Part shown: positions 48,570-58,649 of the stretch, in pieces
Position numbering within the stretch: the first letter of the stretch is position 1
Layout: each line of letters begins with the position of its first letter
Origin: an uncultured Bacilli bacterium
GTDB lineage: Bacteria; Bacillota_I; Bacilli_A; RFN20; CAG-826
Length of the DNA: 64,000 nucleotides
Direction of reading: 5' to 3'
Assembly (NCBI GenBank): GCA_934699525.1
Contig: CAKUWP010000001.1
Location: forward strand, 61,140-125,139
Notes under the pieces: model-generated
What the model saw: only the letters and a program-made list of their open reading frames with translations
Database searches by the model: none
What the model was told of the DNA's origin: nothing
Made by a program: the position numbers and the translations under genes

Positions 48570-49607
48570 TCAATCCGCGGTAATCGCGACTTTCATCACA
48601 TGGTCCTGGTGTTTTTCAAACAGGTCATACGCCTCTTCAATGCGACTGAAAGGAAAACGATGGGTGATTAAAGGGGTCGTATCGATTTTACCCTGTTCAA
48701 TGAGGGACAAGATTTCTGCGCAGTCGCATCCATCCACTCCGCCCGTTTTGAAGATGAGGTTCTTCCCATACATCTTCGGCAAAGGAAGAACTTGGTTCTC
48801 ATCGTAGAGGGCAACGATGGTGACAATCGCATTCGGACGGGCGCTACGCCAAGCTAATTCAAAGGTGTCCTTGGCCCCCGCCACTTCCAGCACCACATCC
48901 GCTCCGCCATGCTCGCTATGGGACTTGGTGAATTCTACGCATTCTTCGGGTAGACATACCAAAACATCGGGATAATGCCTTTTCACAAATTCGATGCGAC
49001 TTGGGTCTTTTTCACAGACGATAATCCGCTTGGGGTTCTTGAGTTTGACGCATAAAAGGGAACAAATCCCCGTGGGGCCTGCCCCGATAATAAGAACGGT
49101 ATCTTCTGAACGAATCTCCGAAATCCGCGCGGACCAAAATCCGGTCGCGAGGATATCACCCACGAATAAAGCCCGTTCATCCGATACGGAATCGGGGATT
49201 TTATTTAAACCTTGGTCCGCATAAGGGACGCGAACATATTCAGTTTGGCCCCCATCGATTCGGCACCCTAACGCCCAGCCGCCATGAGGATCCGTGCAGT
49301 TATTGACGAAGCCGTGCTGGCAGAAAAAGCATTCTCCGCAAAAGGTTTCCACGTTGACGGTGACGCGGTCTCCAGGACGAACGTTATGAACTTCTGCCCC
49401 TATGGATTCGACGATCCCCACCATTTCGTGTCCCACGGTGATTCCAGGAACCGCCCGAGGAACCGAGCCATGCTTAATATGCAAATCGCTCGTGCATATC
49501 GAACTCAGGGTCACTTTCACAATCGCGTCGCGAGGATGCTTTAATTCGGGCTTAGGCTTATCCAACAAAGCGAAGTGGTTCTTTTTGATATAGGTCATCG
49601 CTTTCAT
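48570..49607 (-). CDS. zinc-dependent medium-chain alcohol/polyol dehydrogenase
   Basis: GHEMVG zinc ligand motif, structural-zinc CGECFFCQHGFVNNC, Rossmann GAGPTG. Confidence 0.85.
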   Translation of the reverse strand: MKAMTYIKKNHFALLDKPKPELKHPRDAIVKVTLSSICTSDLHIKHGSVPRAVPGITVGHEMVGIVESIGAEVHNVRPGDRVTVNVETFCGECFFCQHGFVNNCTDPHGGWALGCRIDGGQTEYVRVPYADQGLNKIPDSVSDERALFVGDILATGFWSARISEIRSEDTVLIIGAGPTGICSLLCVKLKNPKRIIVCEKDPSRIEFVKRHYPDVLVCLPEECVEFTKSHSEHGGADVVLEVAGAKDTFELAWRSARPNAIVTIVALYDENQVLPLPKMYGKNLIFKTGGVDGCDCAEILSLIEQGKIDTTPLITHRFPFSRIEEAYDLFEKHQDHVMKVAITAD

Positions 49608-49675
49608 AATTCTTCCTCCAAGGTACTAGAAAAATAATGGGGCATTGCACCAAAAAGGCAAAGGGGCAAAAGGAA

Positions 49676-51121
49676 TTAAGCGTTGAAAGCGCTTGTGCGG
49701 ACGCCGGCGTTATCCCAGATGTAATTCGCGTATTCGGGGTGATCGACGAAGGGGTTGCGACCATATCCGGACTTGCAAAGATAGTTATTGATTTGCTTTT
49801 CCATATCCGAGACCGGATAGGTGGCATTCCATTCTAATAAGGACTTTAAGGTGCCCATCGTATGATTGGACGTAGAATCGCTGGGATTGTTGGACAATTC
49901 CAATTGGCCCATATAGGCGGTCGCGGTGTAGAGAATGATGCGGGCCGCTTCTCCTCTAGCCCCCTCATATCCGCAGGAAGCAGGATCCCATTCTCGAGAC
50001 CCCGTGCCATAGAAATTATTCCCACGAGAAGAATTCTCCGAGGTTAAAGAAGGACGAACCATGAAGGGGTCTTTTTCCGAGAGATTCCCCCCGCGGCTCT
50101 TCGGCCAGGTGTGTTCGCGGTTGCAGGAACCGACGGTCGTCGTCATCGCCCCATTTCCCGAGATGCCTTCCGTCGTGCCGGGGGCCGCGTGATAAATCGG
50201 AACAAATTTGTTGCTTCCTTGGGGATAAGCCGCAGCTTTTGCCCCAATCGAAAGGCATTCGCTATAGGTCGCGGTTTTGGTCTTATAAGCACTGATGCGC
50301 TTCTTTAATTCCCCGCGGAAAGTATTCCCATAGGTGTTGAAGTCCAGCCCTTCCCATCCGGAGTCGTCGTTAGTTCCGCTATAATCGGGATTCGGGGTCG
50401 ACGGGGAGGAGGATTGCGTTTCGTCCACCGAGATCAGAGAGGGGACATAGAAATAAACGTCGGATTTTTGGTCGTATCCGCACCAAGTTCCGAATTTGGA
50501 AGCGAATTGGAGATAGACGTTTGAAGCGGAAATCGCTTGGGCTTTGCCGTCTTGTCCCACCGTGATGTTCCAGGAGGTCGTCGCGTTTTCCGCATCGATA
50601 AGTCCGATGCTATAGTGGCCTTCGCTTACGTATCCCGATAGGTATTTGGAATTCACCGAGAAGGTATAGGAATCGCCTTTCTTGGTTAAATCAAACAAAG
50701 CAGCCTTGCCGATGTCTTTCACGTCGCCGTTGGAATTGACCGTATTCAAATCGCAGCTGAGGAAATACCAAGAATAAACCCCACCGGTTTTGTTGTTGGG
50801 CTTATTCGCGGAGGTGAAGCCCACGAGGCTTCCCCCGTCATCGGAAGCGACCATGACTTTGGTTTGGTCTTGAAGTTCGTCGATGGATTTCACGCGACGA
50901 TAACCTTGCACTTTCGTCTTGTCATCCGTGGACGTTGAGGTTTGACTGTTGTTGGAAGTTTGGCTGCCAATCGAGGTTTGGCTATCCGCTGGTTTGGTCG
51001 TGCTTGTGCTAGTTCCCGGGACAGGTTCCGTATTGCTGGAACCTTCTCCATTGCCGGTTCTGCAAGCGATAAGAGCTAGGCTAGCTAAAGCCAAGCAAAA
51101 AACGAAATTCTTCTTTTTCAT
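49676..51121 (-). CDS. extracellular endonuclease-I-family nuclease lipoprotein with S/T-rich linker
   Basis: Lipobox LIAC after MKKKNFVFCLALASLA; C-terminal NREHTWPKS, RGEAARIILYTATAY, GRNPFVDHPEYANYIW resemble the Endonuclease_1 family; start moved to the internal ATG with AAAGG RBS. Confidence 0.65.
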   Translation of the reverse strand: MKKKNFVFCLALASLALIACRTGNGEGSSNTEPVPGTSTSTTKPADSQTSIGSQTSNNSQTSTSTDDKTKVQGYRRVKSIDELQDQTKVMVASDDGGSLVGFTSANKPNNKTGGVYSWYFLSCDLNTVNSNGDVKDIGKAALFDLTKKGDSYTFSVNSKYLSGYVSEGHYSIGLIDAENATTSWNITVGQDGKAQAISASNVYLQFASKFGTWCGYDQKSDVYFYVPSLISVDETQSSSPSTPNPDYSGTNDDSGWEGLDFNTYGNTFRGELKKRISAYKTKTATYSECLSIGAKAAAYPQGSNKFVPIYHAAPGTTEGISGNGAMTTTVGSCNREHTWPKSRGGNLSEKDPFMVRPSLTSENSSRGNNFYGTGSREWDPASCGYEGARGEAARIILYTATAYMGQLELSNNPSDSTSNHTMGTLKSLLEWNATYPVSDMEKQINNYLCKSGYGRNPFVDHPEYANYIWDNAGVRTSAFNA

Positions 51122-51284
51122 AATACCTTTAACGGAGTCTTTTGTTTCATCCCCCTTATGAAAGCAAAACACTCGTCCTTTTTCACGGCCATAGTCTACC
51201 AAACTAAGCCCTATCAAACAATGTTTGTTCGGCAAGAAAGGCCAAAATAGCCTATATATTCATAGGGGAACCGAATAGACCCCC

Positions 51285-51311
51285 ACGAAAAAAGGCTGGA
51301 CGCGCCAGCCT
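51285..51311 (-). terminator. Rho-independent terminator after rhaD
   Basis: AGGCTGG-cgcgt-CCAGCCT stem followed by TTTTTC on the minus strand. Confidence 0.65.
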
Positions 51312-51331
51312 TCTCCGTTAAGTGATTATCC

Positions 51332-52153
51332 TTATTTGGTATGGATGAATTCGCGGTTGACCGTGATGCAAAATGGCTTTTCAAGAGCCAAGATGTTTTC
51401 ATCAGTCATCGTTTGACGGGCCCCGCCCATCGAAAGCACTTTGACTTCGATTTCCGCGGATTTCTCGACCGCATCCATCATGCCGAAGACGGAATCGAAG
51501 TCTTCGCCGGTGCAGAAGATACCATGATGCGCCCAAATCGCGATGTCGTACTTCTTCATCAAATTGGAGGTCGCGGTTCCGATTTCTTCTCCGCCACAAA
51601 CCATCCAGGGCAATACGCCAACGCCAGCCGGGAAAATAATCGGGCATTCGGTCATCGAGGTCCAAAGGGCCTTGGTGAAGGCTTCATCGGTCAAGGGAAG
51701 GACGAAGGTCAAGGCGATGATGTTCGCGGGGTGGCAGTGATAGACAATGCGATATTTGCCATTGGTCCGTTCTTTGACGACTTCGAGGTTCATTAAGTGG
51801 GAGGGGAGCTCCGAGGTCGGGTGCATGTTGCCCGAGAATCCCCAAAGGATGGAATAATTCTCGCCCTTTTCATCCAAGCGGATGATACCCATGTTGTGTT
51901 CGGGGTCCCGGGCCATGTTGCCCATGAATCCACCGGTGGCTTTGACCAAGAAATATTCTCCGCCAAGTTTAGAAACGTGGCAGCCCGTGGAACGGACTTC
52001 CCGTTCGAAGAATTGGTCTTTGACCATGTCCACATCGGCTTGGGTCATGCGGTAGGAAAGATTTCCTCCGTTCCGTTCATGCCATCCGCGGGAATAGCCC
52101 TCCGAGCACAAGCGAACAAAATGCTGTGCGAATTCAGCGTCCATTACTTTCAT
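51332..52153 (-). CDS. rhaD: rhamnulose-1-phosphate aldolase
   Basis: GWHERNGGNLS, ILWG, PTSELPSH, YHCHPANIIALT, LWTSMTEC, LPWMV, VKVLSMGG closely parallel E. coli RhaD; AAAGGAA RBS. Confidence 0.85.
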   Translation of the reverse strand: MKVMDAEFAQHFVRLCSEGYSRGWHERNGGNLSYRMTQADVDMVKDQFFEREVRSTGCHVSKLGGEYFLVKATGGFMGNMARDPEHNMGIIRLDEKGENYSILWGFSGNMHPTSELPSHLMNLEVVKERTNGKYRIVYHCHPANIIALTFVLPLTDEAFTKALWTSMTECPIIFPAGVGVLPWMVCGGEEIGTATSNLMKKYDIAIWAHHGIFCTGEDFDSVFGMMDAVEKSAEIEVKVLSMGGARQTMTDENILALEKPFCITVNREFIHTK

Positions 52154-52157
52154 ATTC

Positions 52158-53588
52158 TCAATTTCCTTTCGTTGCTTTTGCATAGGCCTCGAATACGGCC
52201 TTTTTATCCATCGCCCTCGGCGAATAGACATCATGTTGGGAAGAGGCGAACAAGGCCTCACGCGCCTTAGACAAAGAGGCGAATTCCTTTAAGGCGAGGA
52301 ATTGAACCATCGCGTTGCCGTAAGCCGTTGCTTCCGCTTCTCCGGTTTTCACGACTAATCCCGACAAATCGGCAATCCTTTGAAGGAGAGACGGGATATT
52401 GGTTCCTCCTCCTGTCACCACCAGGGATTCCGCTTCAAAGCCCACAAGCTTTTCGAGGTCTTGGATGCGCAGGGCATACTTGATTGCTAAGGATTCATAG
52501 ACGATATGAGCAAGGTCTCCAAGACTTAAATCCCCGTGCTTTTGATTGGTTTTATCTAGATATTCCAAGATTTTGGCTTTCATGTTTCGCGGAGAAGCAA
52601 AGGGCAAATCATCTACGTCGATATAAAGCCCATCGACCTTTGATTCGTTCGCTTGCTTTAAGATATCGCCAAAGGGAATATCGTTAAATTCATGACGGAG
52701 TTCTTGGATCATGAAGAAGCCCATGACGTTCTTCAGGAAGCAGACGTGATCGTCATACCCCATTTCATTGGTGAAATCCTTTTCAAAGGTTTCTTGGCTG
52801 ATGAACGGACGATCCAATTCAGCCCCAAGCAAGCTCCAGGTTCCGCTGGAGATATAGAAGGAACGCGGGGTTAAGGGCATCGAGGCAATGGCCGAGGCGG
52901 TGTCGTGGCTACACACGGCAATAACGGGTAATTCAGGAGCTCCTTCGAGATGAAGGGTTCCGATCCGTTCGCCGGGACGAATGAGACGGGGCATTGTTTC
53001 TTTGGTTAGGCCAGCCTTAACCAAACATCCCTCCGCATAATCGCGGGTCAAGGGGTTATAAAGAGCCCCCGTGGACAAATTGGTCACTTCATTCCTCTTT
53101 TCCCCCGTTAAGCGATAGCTCAAATAGTCCGGCATCAAGAGGAAGGAAGCCATTCTTTTCTTTTCCAAAACCAAATCATCGTAAAGTTGGAAAATCGTAT
53201 TGAAGTTGCAACGTTGGATTCCCGTTTGCTTGTAAACCTCCCAATAAGGGGTTTCTTGAAGGAAGGCTTCCATCGCTTTTTGACAACGTTCGTCGCGATA
53301 GCACATCGCCATGGCAAGGGGATTTCCTTTTTCGTCCAAGGGAACGTAGTCCACTCCCCAAGTATCGATTCCAACGCTTTGGATTTCTGGATCTTCTTGG
53401 CAGGCTTTGACGATTCCTTCTTGGATTCCCTTTAGGATTTTTTCATTGTCCCAATGATAATGGCCATCTTCAAAGACCATGTCGTTAGGAACGCGGTAAA
53501 TGGTTTCATAATGAAAACCGGCCTCACCATGACAAACCTTCAAGACACGAAGGCTGGAGGCGGAAACATCAATCGAAAGAACTTTCAT
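52158..53588 (-). CDS. rhaB: rhamnulokinase (FGGY family)
   Basis: GIDTWGVDYVPLD, LLMPDYLSYRLTG, SSGTWSLLG, LKNVMGFFMIQEL parallel E. coli RhaB. Confidence 0.85.
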   Translation of the reverse strand: MKVLSIDVSASSLRVLKVCHGEAGFHYETIYRVPNDMVFEDGHYHWDNEKILKGIQEGIVKACQEDPEIQSVGIDTWGVDYVPLDEKGNPLAMAMCYRDERCQKAMEAFLQETPYWEVYKQTGIQRCNFNTIFQLYDDLVLEKKRMASFLLMPDYLSYRLTGEKRNEVTNLSTGALYNPLTRDYAEGCLVKAGLTKETMPRLIRPGERIGTLHLEGAPELPVIAVCSHDTASAIASMPLTPRSFYISSGTWSLLGAELDRPFISQETFEKDFTNEMGYDDHVCFLKNVMGFFMIQELRHEFNDIPFGDILKQANESKVDGLYIDVDDLPFASPRNMKAKILEYLDKTNQKHGDLSLGDLAHIVYESLAIKYALRIQDLEKLVGFEAESLVVTGGGTNIPSLLQRIADLSGLVVKTGEAEATAYGNAMVQFLALKEFASLSKAREALFASSQHDVYSPRAMDKKAVFEAYAKATKGN

Positions 53589-53757
53589 GCTTTTATGATA
53601 CTAGAAAAATCAGTTCAATTTGGGGATTGTTCGCCTAAATTGGCGATGTTATGCGCGTTTTTCAGGATATTATCGTAAATGAGCAAGAAGGTTTTCACCC
53701 CTCTAGCCATCCATAGAATCGGGCTTTTTCCTTGACTTTATCGCTTATTTTATTCAT

Positions 53758-53793
53758 AAATGAGCATATATTTGCGCGCATTCATGCTCATTT
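53758..53793. promoter_or_regulatory. inverted repeat AAATGAGCAT-N16-ATGCTCATTT in the rhaB/fucI divergent region (candidate DeoR-type operator)
   Basis: Read directly; 10-bp perfect arms, spacer contains GCGCGC; TTGACT at 53732-53737 upstream and TATAAT at 53847-53852 downstream. Confidence 0.55.
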
Positions 53794-53897
53794 GGAAATA
53801 TTCACGCAACCAAATTCCCCTTGTGCTAATGAAGAAACCGCGCACGTATAATGAAGGTGTCGTTCCAAACATATTCGCTCATCAAAGGAGAAAAAGT

Positions 53898-55691
53898 ATG
53901 AAACCACGTATTGGAATTCGTCCTGTGATCGACGGGCGCTGCTATGGCGTTCGCGAATCGCTAGAAGAGCAGACCATGGCCATGGCCAAAGCCGCGAAGA
54001 AGCTCATTGAAAGCAATGTCTTCTATGGCGATGGCACCCCGGCCGAAGTCGTCATCTCGCCCTGCACAATCGGCGGAGCCGCCGAAAGCGCGAAATGCAA
54101 TGACTATTTCCACACCCAAAACGTCACGGCGACCTTAACGGTCACCCCCTGCTGGTGTTATGGAACCGAAACCATGGACCTCGACCCCCTCACGACCAAA
54201 GCCATCTGGGGATTCAACGGAACCGAACGCCCCGGCGCCGTTTATTTAGCTGCCGCGATGGCCGCCCACGTCCAGCGCGGGCTCCCGGCCTTCGCGATTT
54301 ATGGTCACGATGTCCAAACCGCGGATAAGGATGGCATCACCCCGGACGTGGAAGAAAAGATTCTCCGCTTCGCCCGTGCCGCCTTGGTCGTTGGCCAATT
54401 CAAAGAGATGTCTTACCTTGGTATTGGAACCGTCTCGATGGGAATCGGAGGTTCTTATATCGACGCGAACTACATGCAAAAGACCTTCGGGCTCCGCGCC
54501 GAATGGGTGGATGAAGTCGAAATCCTCCGCCGCATGGATTTAGGAATCTACGACCACGAAGAATATGAAAAAGCCTTGAAATGGGTCCAAGAAAAATGCC
54601 CGGAAGGCGAGGACTTCAACCGTCCTGATGTTTGGCCTTTCGCTCCTGCTTTCTCTAAAGAAGAAAAAGAAAAGCAATGGGAATTCACGATCAAGATGAC
54701 GCTTATCATCCGCGATTTAATGCTTGGTAACCCCAAACTTGCTGAAATCGGCTTCAAGGAAGAGGCCCTCGGTCATCATGCCTCATTCGCTGGATTCCAG
54801 GGACAACGTCAATGGACGGACTGGCTCCCCAATGCCGACTTCCCCGAATCGATTCTTTCGGGAACCTTCGACTGGAATGGTAAGAAAAACCCAACGATCC
54901 TTGCTACCGAGGGTGATAACTGCAATGGTCTTGGCATGGTCATGGAAAACCTTCTCACCCACGAAGCTTCTATCTTTGCCGACGTCCGCACCTATTGGTC
55001 GCCGAAAGCCTACAAAGAACGCACGGGGATGGAGGCGGAAGGCCTTGCAAAACTCGGCTTCATGCACCTCCTTAATTCCGGTGCCGCCGCATTGGATGGT
55101 AACGGCGCGTCCATTAACGAAAAAGGCGAACACTGCTGGAAACCGTGGATGAACGTTACCGACAAAGATATCGATGCGATGTTAAAAGCCACCAAATGGG
55201 AAGCGGCCAACCGCGGCTCCTTCCGGGGCGGCGGATTCTCCGCCCGCTGGGATACCTGCGCTGAAATGCCCGTCACCTTGGTCCGTATCAATTTGATCGA
55301 TGGACTGGGATATGACATGCAAATCGCCGAAGGCTCGACAATCGTCCTCCCCGAAGAAGCCAATCAAAAGATTTTGGATATCACCGACCGCAGCTGGCCA
55401 TCCACCTATTTCGTTCCGCGTCTTAACGATGCCAAACACAACTACGGTCACGCCTTCGATTCCACTTATGACGTCATGGCCCACTGGGGTGCCAACCACT
55501 GTGCCTTCGTCTATGGCCATGTTGGCAAGGATTTAATCACCTTGGCATCGATGCTACGCATCCCCGTCTCCATGCATAACGTGGACGACGCGGAGATCTT
55601 CCGCCCGCACGCTTGGAGCGCATTCGGCACGAAAGATCTCGAATCCGCGGACTATCGCGCCTGCATGCTTTACAAACAGTTATATAAATAA
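53898..55691 (+). CDS. fucI: L-fucose isomerase
   Basis: MKPRIGIRPVIDGR...VRESLEEQTM, TVTPCWCYG, WGFNGTERPGAVYLAAA, FADVRTYWSP, RIPVSMHNV closely parallel E. coli FucI; AAAGGAG RBS; the ORF-track start at 53760 lies inside the operator. Confidence 0.9.
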   Translation: MKPRIGIRPVIDGRCYGVRESLEEQTMAMAKAAKKLIESNVFYGDGTPAEVVISPCTIGGAAESAKCNDYFHTQNVTATLTVTPCWCYGTETMDLDPLTTKAIWGFNGTERPGAVYLAAAMAAHVQRGLPAFAIYGHDVQTADKDGITPDVEEKILRFARAALVVGQFKEMSYLGIGTVSMGIGGSYIDANYMQKTFGLRAEWVDEVEILRRMDLGIYDHEEYEKALKWVQEKCPEGEDFNRPDVWPFAPAFSKEEKEKQWEFTIKMTLIIRDLMLGNPKLAEIGFKEEALGHHASFAGFQGQRQWTDWLPNADFPESILSGTFDWNGKKNPTILATEGDNCNGLGMVMENLLTHEASIFADVRTYWSPKAYKERTGMEAEGLAKLGFMHLLNSGAAALDGNGASINEKGEHCWKPWMNVTDKDIDAMLKATKWEAANRGSFRGGGFSARWDTCAEMPVTLVRINLIDGLGYDMQIAEGSTIVLPEEANQKILDITDRSWPSTYFVPRLNDAKHNYGHAFDSTYDVMAHWGANHCAFVYGHVGKDLITLASMLRIPVSMHNVDDAEIFRPHAWSAFGTKDLESADYRACMLYKQLYK

Positions 55692-55771
55692 GGATAAGGG
55701 GAAAGGGCCATGAAAATGGCCTTTTCTCCCGTCCTTGATTGCTTATTTTTGAATGATTTTGGAGTTTATTT

Positions 55772-56533
55772 ATGCTTGATTTGGAAAGGAATGAGCAGAT
55801 TCTTGCCATCCTCAGAGAAAACAAGGCCTGCACGGTCTACGAATTGTCCCAGAAACTTTTCGTTTCGGAATCCACGATTCGTCGGGACTTATCCCGAATG
55901 GAACAAAAGGGCTTAGTGACTCGTACTTTCGGAGGCGCGATTTTAAAAAGCAATCCCATCATGGAGGACACCTCCTTCTTCTTGAGAGAAAAAGAAAACC
56001 TTCAGGATAAGCGGGCCCTTGTCAAAGAAGCACTCCCCTTTATCCAAAACAACATGGCCATCTTCGTGGATTCATCGACCACCTGCCTTCAAATGGCGAC
56101 GATGCTCAATGAATTTAGCGATCTGATTATCATCACCAACGGCTTGGCTTTGGCCAATGAACTCGTGACCAAGACCCGTCACCACGTAACGTTATTAGGC
56201 GGAGACATCCAGCCGGCGGCGAATAGCTGCCTGGGTTCTTACGCCGAAGCGATGGTCTCCGAGTTCCACGCGGCTTTGTGCCTCCTCTCCACTTCGGGCG
56301 CGGATGCCGAGTTCGGCTTCTCCGAGCACCGAAAGGATCAAGCGGCCTTAAAACGCTTGATGATCAAAAACGCGGACCAAACGATCGTCTTGGTGGATAA
56401 AAAGAAAATCGGTAAGAAATGCTTGGCCAAAACCGTGGGGATTGATAAGGTTCAAGCCGTCATCACTTCGGGCAAAATCCCCGACTCCTTCCGTCAAGTT
56501 GCTCCGGAAACCCAATTTATCGAGGTTGCATAA
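55772..56533 (+). CDS. DeoR/GlpR-family transcriptional regulator
   Basis: N-terminal HTH ILAILRENKACTVYELSQKLFVSESTIRRDL and C-terminal sugar-phosphate-binding domain. Confidence 0.85.
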   Translation: MLDLERNEQILAILRENKACTVYELSQKLFVSESTIRRDLSRMEQKGLVTRTFGGAILKSNPIMEDTSFFLREKENLQDKRALVKEALPFIQNNMAIFVDSSTTCLQMATMLNEFSDLIIITNGLALANELVTKTRHHVTLLGGDIQPAANSCLGSYAEAMVSEFHAALCLLSTSGADAEFGFSEHRKDQAALKRLMIKNADQTIVLVDKKKIGKKCLAKTVGIDKVQAVITSGKIPDSFRQVAPETQFIEVA

Positions 56534-56541
56534 AAATCAAA

Positions 56542-57315
56542 ATGAGTAAGAAAACCTGGGTCGCGATCGGTGACTCCTTCACCTATATTGACGAGCATTT
56601 AGACGAGACGAATTATCGTATCCAAGAAGGGTATTTAACTAAGACCCAAAAACTTCTCCCTTTCGATACCGACGTGATCCACGTCGCAATCAACGGAGGG
56701 AGAACCATCCATTTCGTTGGAATGGATTTCCCCAAAGGGGACTTCTATTCCATCCTCCTAGGAATTAACGACTGGAATTCCTGTGGGAACCCTCCTTTAG
56801 GCAAGGTGGAAGATTTTAAGGATGAAGATTCCAGAACGACGATCGGGTGCTTAGGTTGGATTGTTAGGAAAATCCGTTCGGTAGCTCCCACTGCTCCGAT
56901 TTTCATCGCTTCTCCTGTGGAACACGGTTGGTTCATTTATCAATTCGATTATCGAAACAATACCCAAGATACTGGCAAGCCCAATTCGATTGGAACCTAT
57001 TGCAGGGATTACGGCAATCTCTACCGTCATTTAGAAGACCCCAGTCACGGCATCTATTATGTAAATACCCACGATGAAGCGGGATTCACCCCGGAAAACG
57101 CAGTGAAGTTCCTCCGTCGGCAAGAAAACGGAAAAACCATCGATGTCCCTTTTGAGGTTTTTTCCAAGGAAACATTCGATCCCAATCGTTATCGAGCTTA
57201 CCCTTATCCCAAGGAAGCCGAGGGCATGACTTATGACGGCCTCCATCCAAGTGAAAAGGGCGGGGAGGCCTTAGCTAAAGTCTTTGCCAAGCGAATCAAG
57301 GAAGTGATCCGTTAA
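56542..57315 (+). CDS. SGNH/GDSL-family hydrolase
   Basis: GDSFT block I, DGLHPS block V. Confidence 0.7.
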   Translation: MSKKTWVAIGDSFTYIDEHLDETNYRIQEGYLTKTQKLLPFDTDVIHVAINGGRTIHFVGMDFPKGDFYSILLGINDWNSCGNPPLGKVEDFKDEDSRTTIGCLGWIVRKIRSVAPTAPIFIASPVEHGWFIYQFDYRNNTQDTGKPNSIGTYCRDYGNLYRHLEDPSHGIYYVNTHDEAGFTPENAVKFLRRQENGKTIDVPFEVFSKETFDPNRYRAYPYPKEAEGMTYDGLHPSEKGGEALAKVFAKRIKEVIR

Positions 57316-57431
57316 GGGAGTATAGTCATAAGAAGTTTGGACGCATTCTTTTAATGACGAAATTCTTGCCGCTATCGACGCGTGGCTGCCGAAGCAGCTA
57401 TATGAAGCGTCAATAAAAGTGAAACCGTGTT

Positions 57432-57857
57432 TTACCCTCTTTTCGTAAAAGATAAAGACGTTTGTTTGTATGCAACGTAGTAATATTCATCCAAACTTTC
57501 TACACCTCCCAACGGGGTCATGCTAACTCCGTTGTCGTCAATGTAACTAGCGGGAATCGCCTTCGTCCTTGGATTCTCATCCTTTAAATTCACCAAGTCG
57601 ACTAGAATGGACTCCCCTCCAATGCGTTCATAGAATTGAACGCTGAAATACTTATTGATAACAACGTCTTTAACCGTATTGATCTTGGGTGATGATTCGT
57701 AAGCGTTCTTGGATATTTCTTCGACTTCCAGGTAATAACCCACTTCATCTACTACCGTTTCGAATTCTCCTGCGACAAAATAATTCGTCTTATGGTTAAT
57801 AGTAAAACAGGAACCTAAAAGCAAAGGAACCCAGATTAATGATGCCATCTTCTTCAT
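57432..57857 (-). CDS. hypothetical lipoprotein
   Basis: Signal peptide + lipobox LLLGSC. Confidence 0.55.
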   Translation of the reverse strand: MKKMASLIWVPLLLGSCFTINHKTNYFVAGEFETVVDEVGYYLEVEEISKNAYESSPKINTVKDVVINKYFSVQFYERIGGESILVDLVNLKDENPRTKAIPASYIDDNGVSMTPLGGVESLDEYYYVAYKQTSLSFTKRG

Positions 57858-57998
57858 TCGTGGCCCTCCTTTTTGCTGCTACACGAAATGGATGAGGAAA
57901 GTCTTTGCACCACCAATATAGCATACGAACCATTAAAAATCACAACGAGTCAACGTCTTAATGAAAACGAAATCGAACCTCGCACCTCGCAAAGGTTA

Positions 57999-58643
57999 TT
58001 AAGGCTCTACGACTAAATAAAAAACGTTTTTAGAATGGCTGCTGGCTGAAAATATCAAATTAGCAGATCCCTCCGTATAGGTCCAAACCGTAACGTCGAA
58101 GGAATCGCAGCGTTCTACCGATTCATATTGTTGCTTTGGGAAGTGCGTTTTTCCAAACGAAAGGAAAGATGCATAGCCAGCAGAATCTATTTTCACATCG
58201 AATTGATATACGCCAGTGGGGTAATCAGCGGTGCGGTAGAAGGCATTTGCTTCTTCCGCCATCTCCTGAGCAAAAGGCAAAACGTCATTGAAGCTAAAAT
58301 AATTGATCGGTGGATCCTTTTCCAAGCAGGCCTTCACAAAACCCTCTTTCGTGGACCCCGAGTAATCGAGATAAATCGAATCGTCCGTAACGAAATTGCA
58401 ATATTTTTGGCCTCTTATCGTAGCTTCGTATCCTGAAGAAGGAAGATAGGAGCAGTTAGTCTCCCACAGGGTTTCTTCATCCCCGTAATAGGCGTACCAA
58501 TGGCTAGGATCTTCTACTGCTTTCAAACCCCTTATAGCAGCAATAGCCTCCGTCGCCGGCAAATCCACGCGATAAATAGGCCCGCTGCACCCTAGGCACG
58601 ACACCAAAATAGCAAAGCAGAAAGCAAGTGGCACCCTATGCAT
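57999..58643 (-). CDS. hypothetical lipoprotein
   Basis: Signal peptide + lipobox ILVSCLGCSG. Confidence 0.55.
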   Translation of the reverse strand: MHRVPLAFCFAILVSCLGCSGPIYRVDLPATEAIAAIRGLKAVEDPSHWYAYYGDEETLWETNCSYLPSSGYEATIRGQKYCNFVTDDSIYLDYSGSTKEGFVKACLEKDPPINYFSFNDVLPFAQEMAEEANAFYRTADYPTGVYQFDVKIDSAGYASFLSFGKTHFPKQQYESVERCDSFDVTVWTYTEGSANLIFSASSHSKNVFYLVVEP

Positions 58644-58649
58644 AAACCC

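Noticed and set aside
53760-53897. N-terminal 46-aa extension of fucI from ATG 53760
   Set aside because: That ATG lies inside the operator palindrome and lacks an RBS; ATG 53898 has AAAGGAG and matches the canonical FucI N-terminus.
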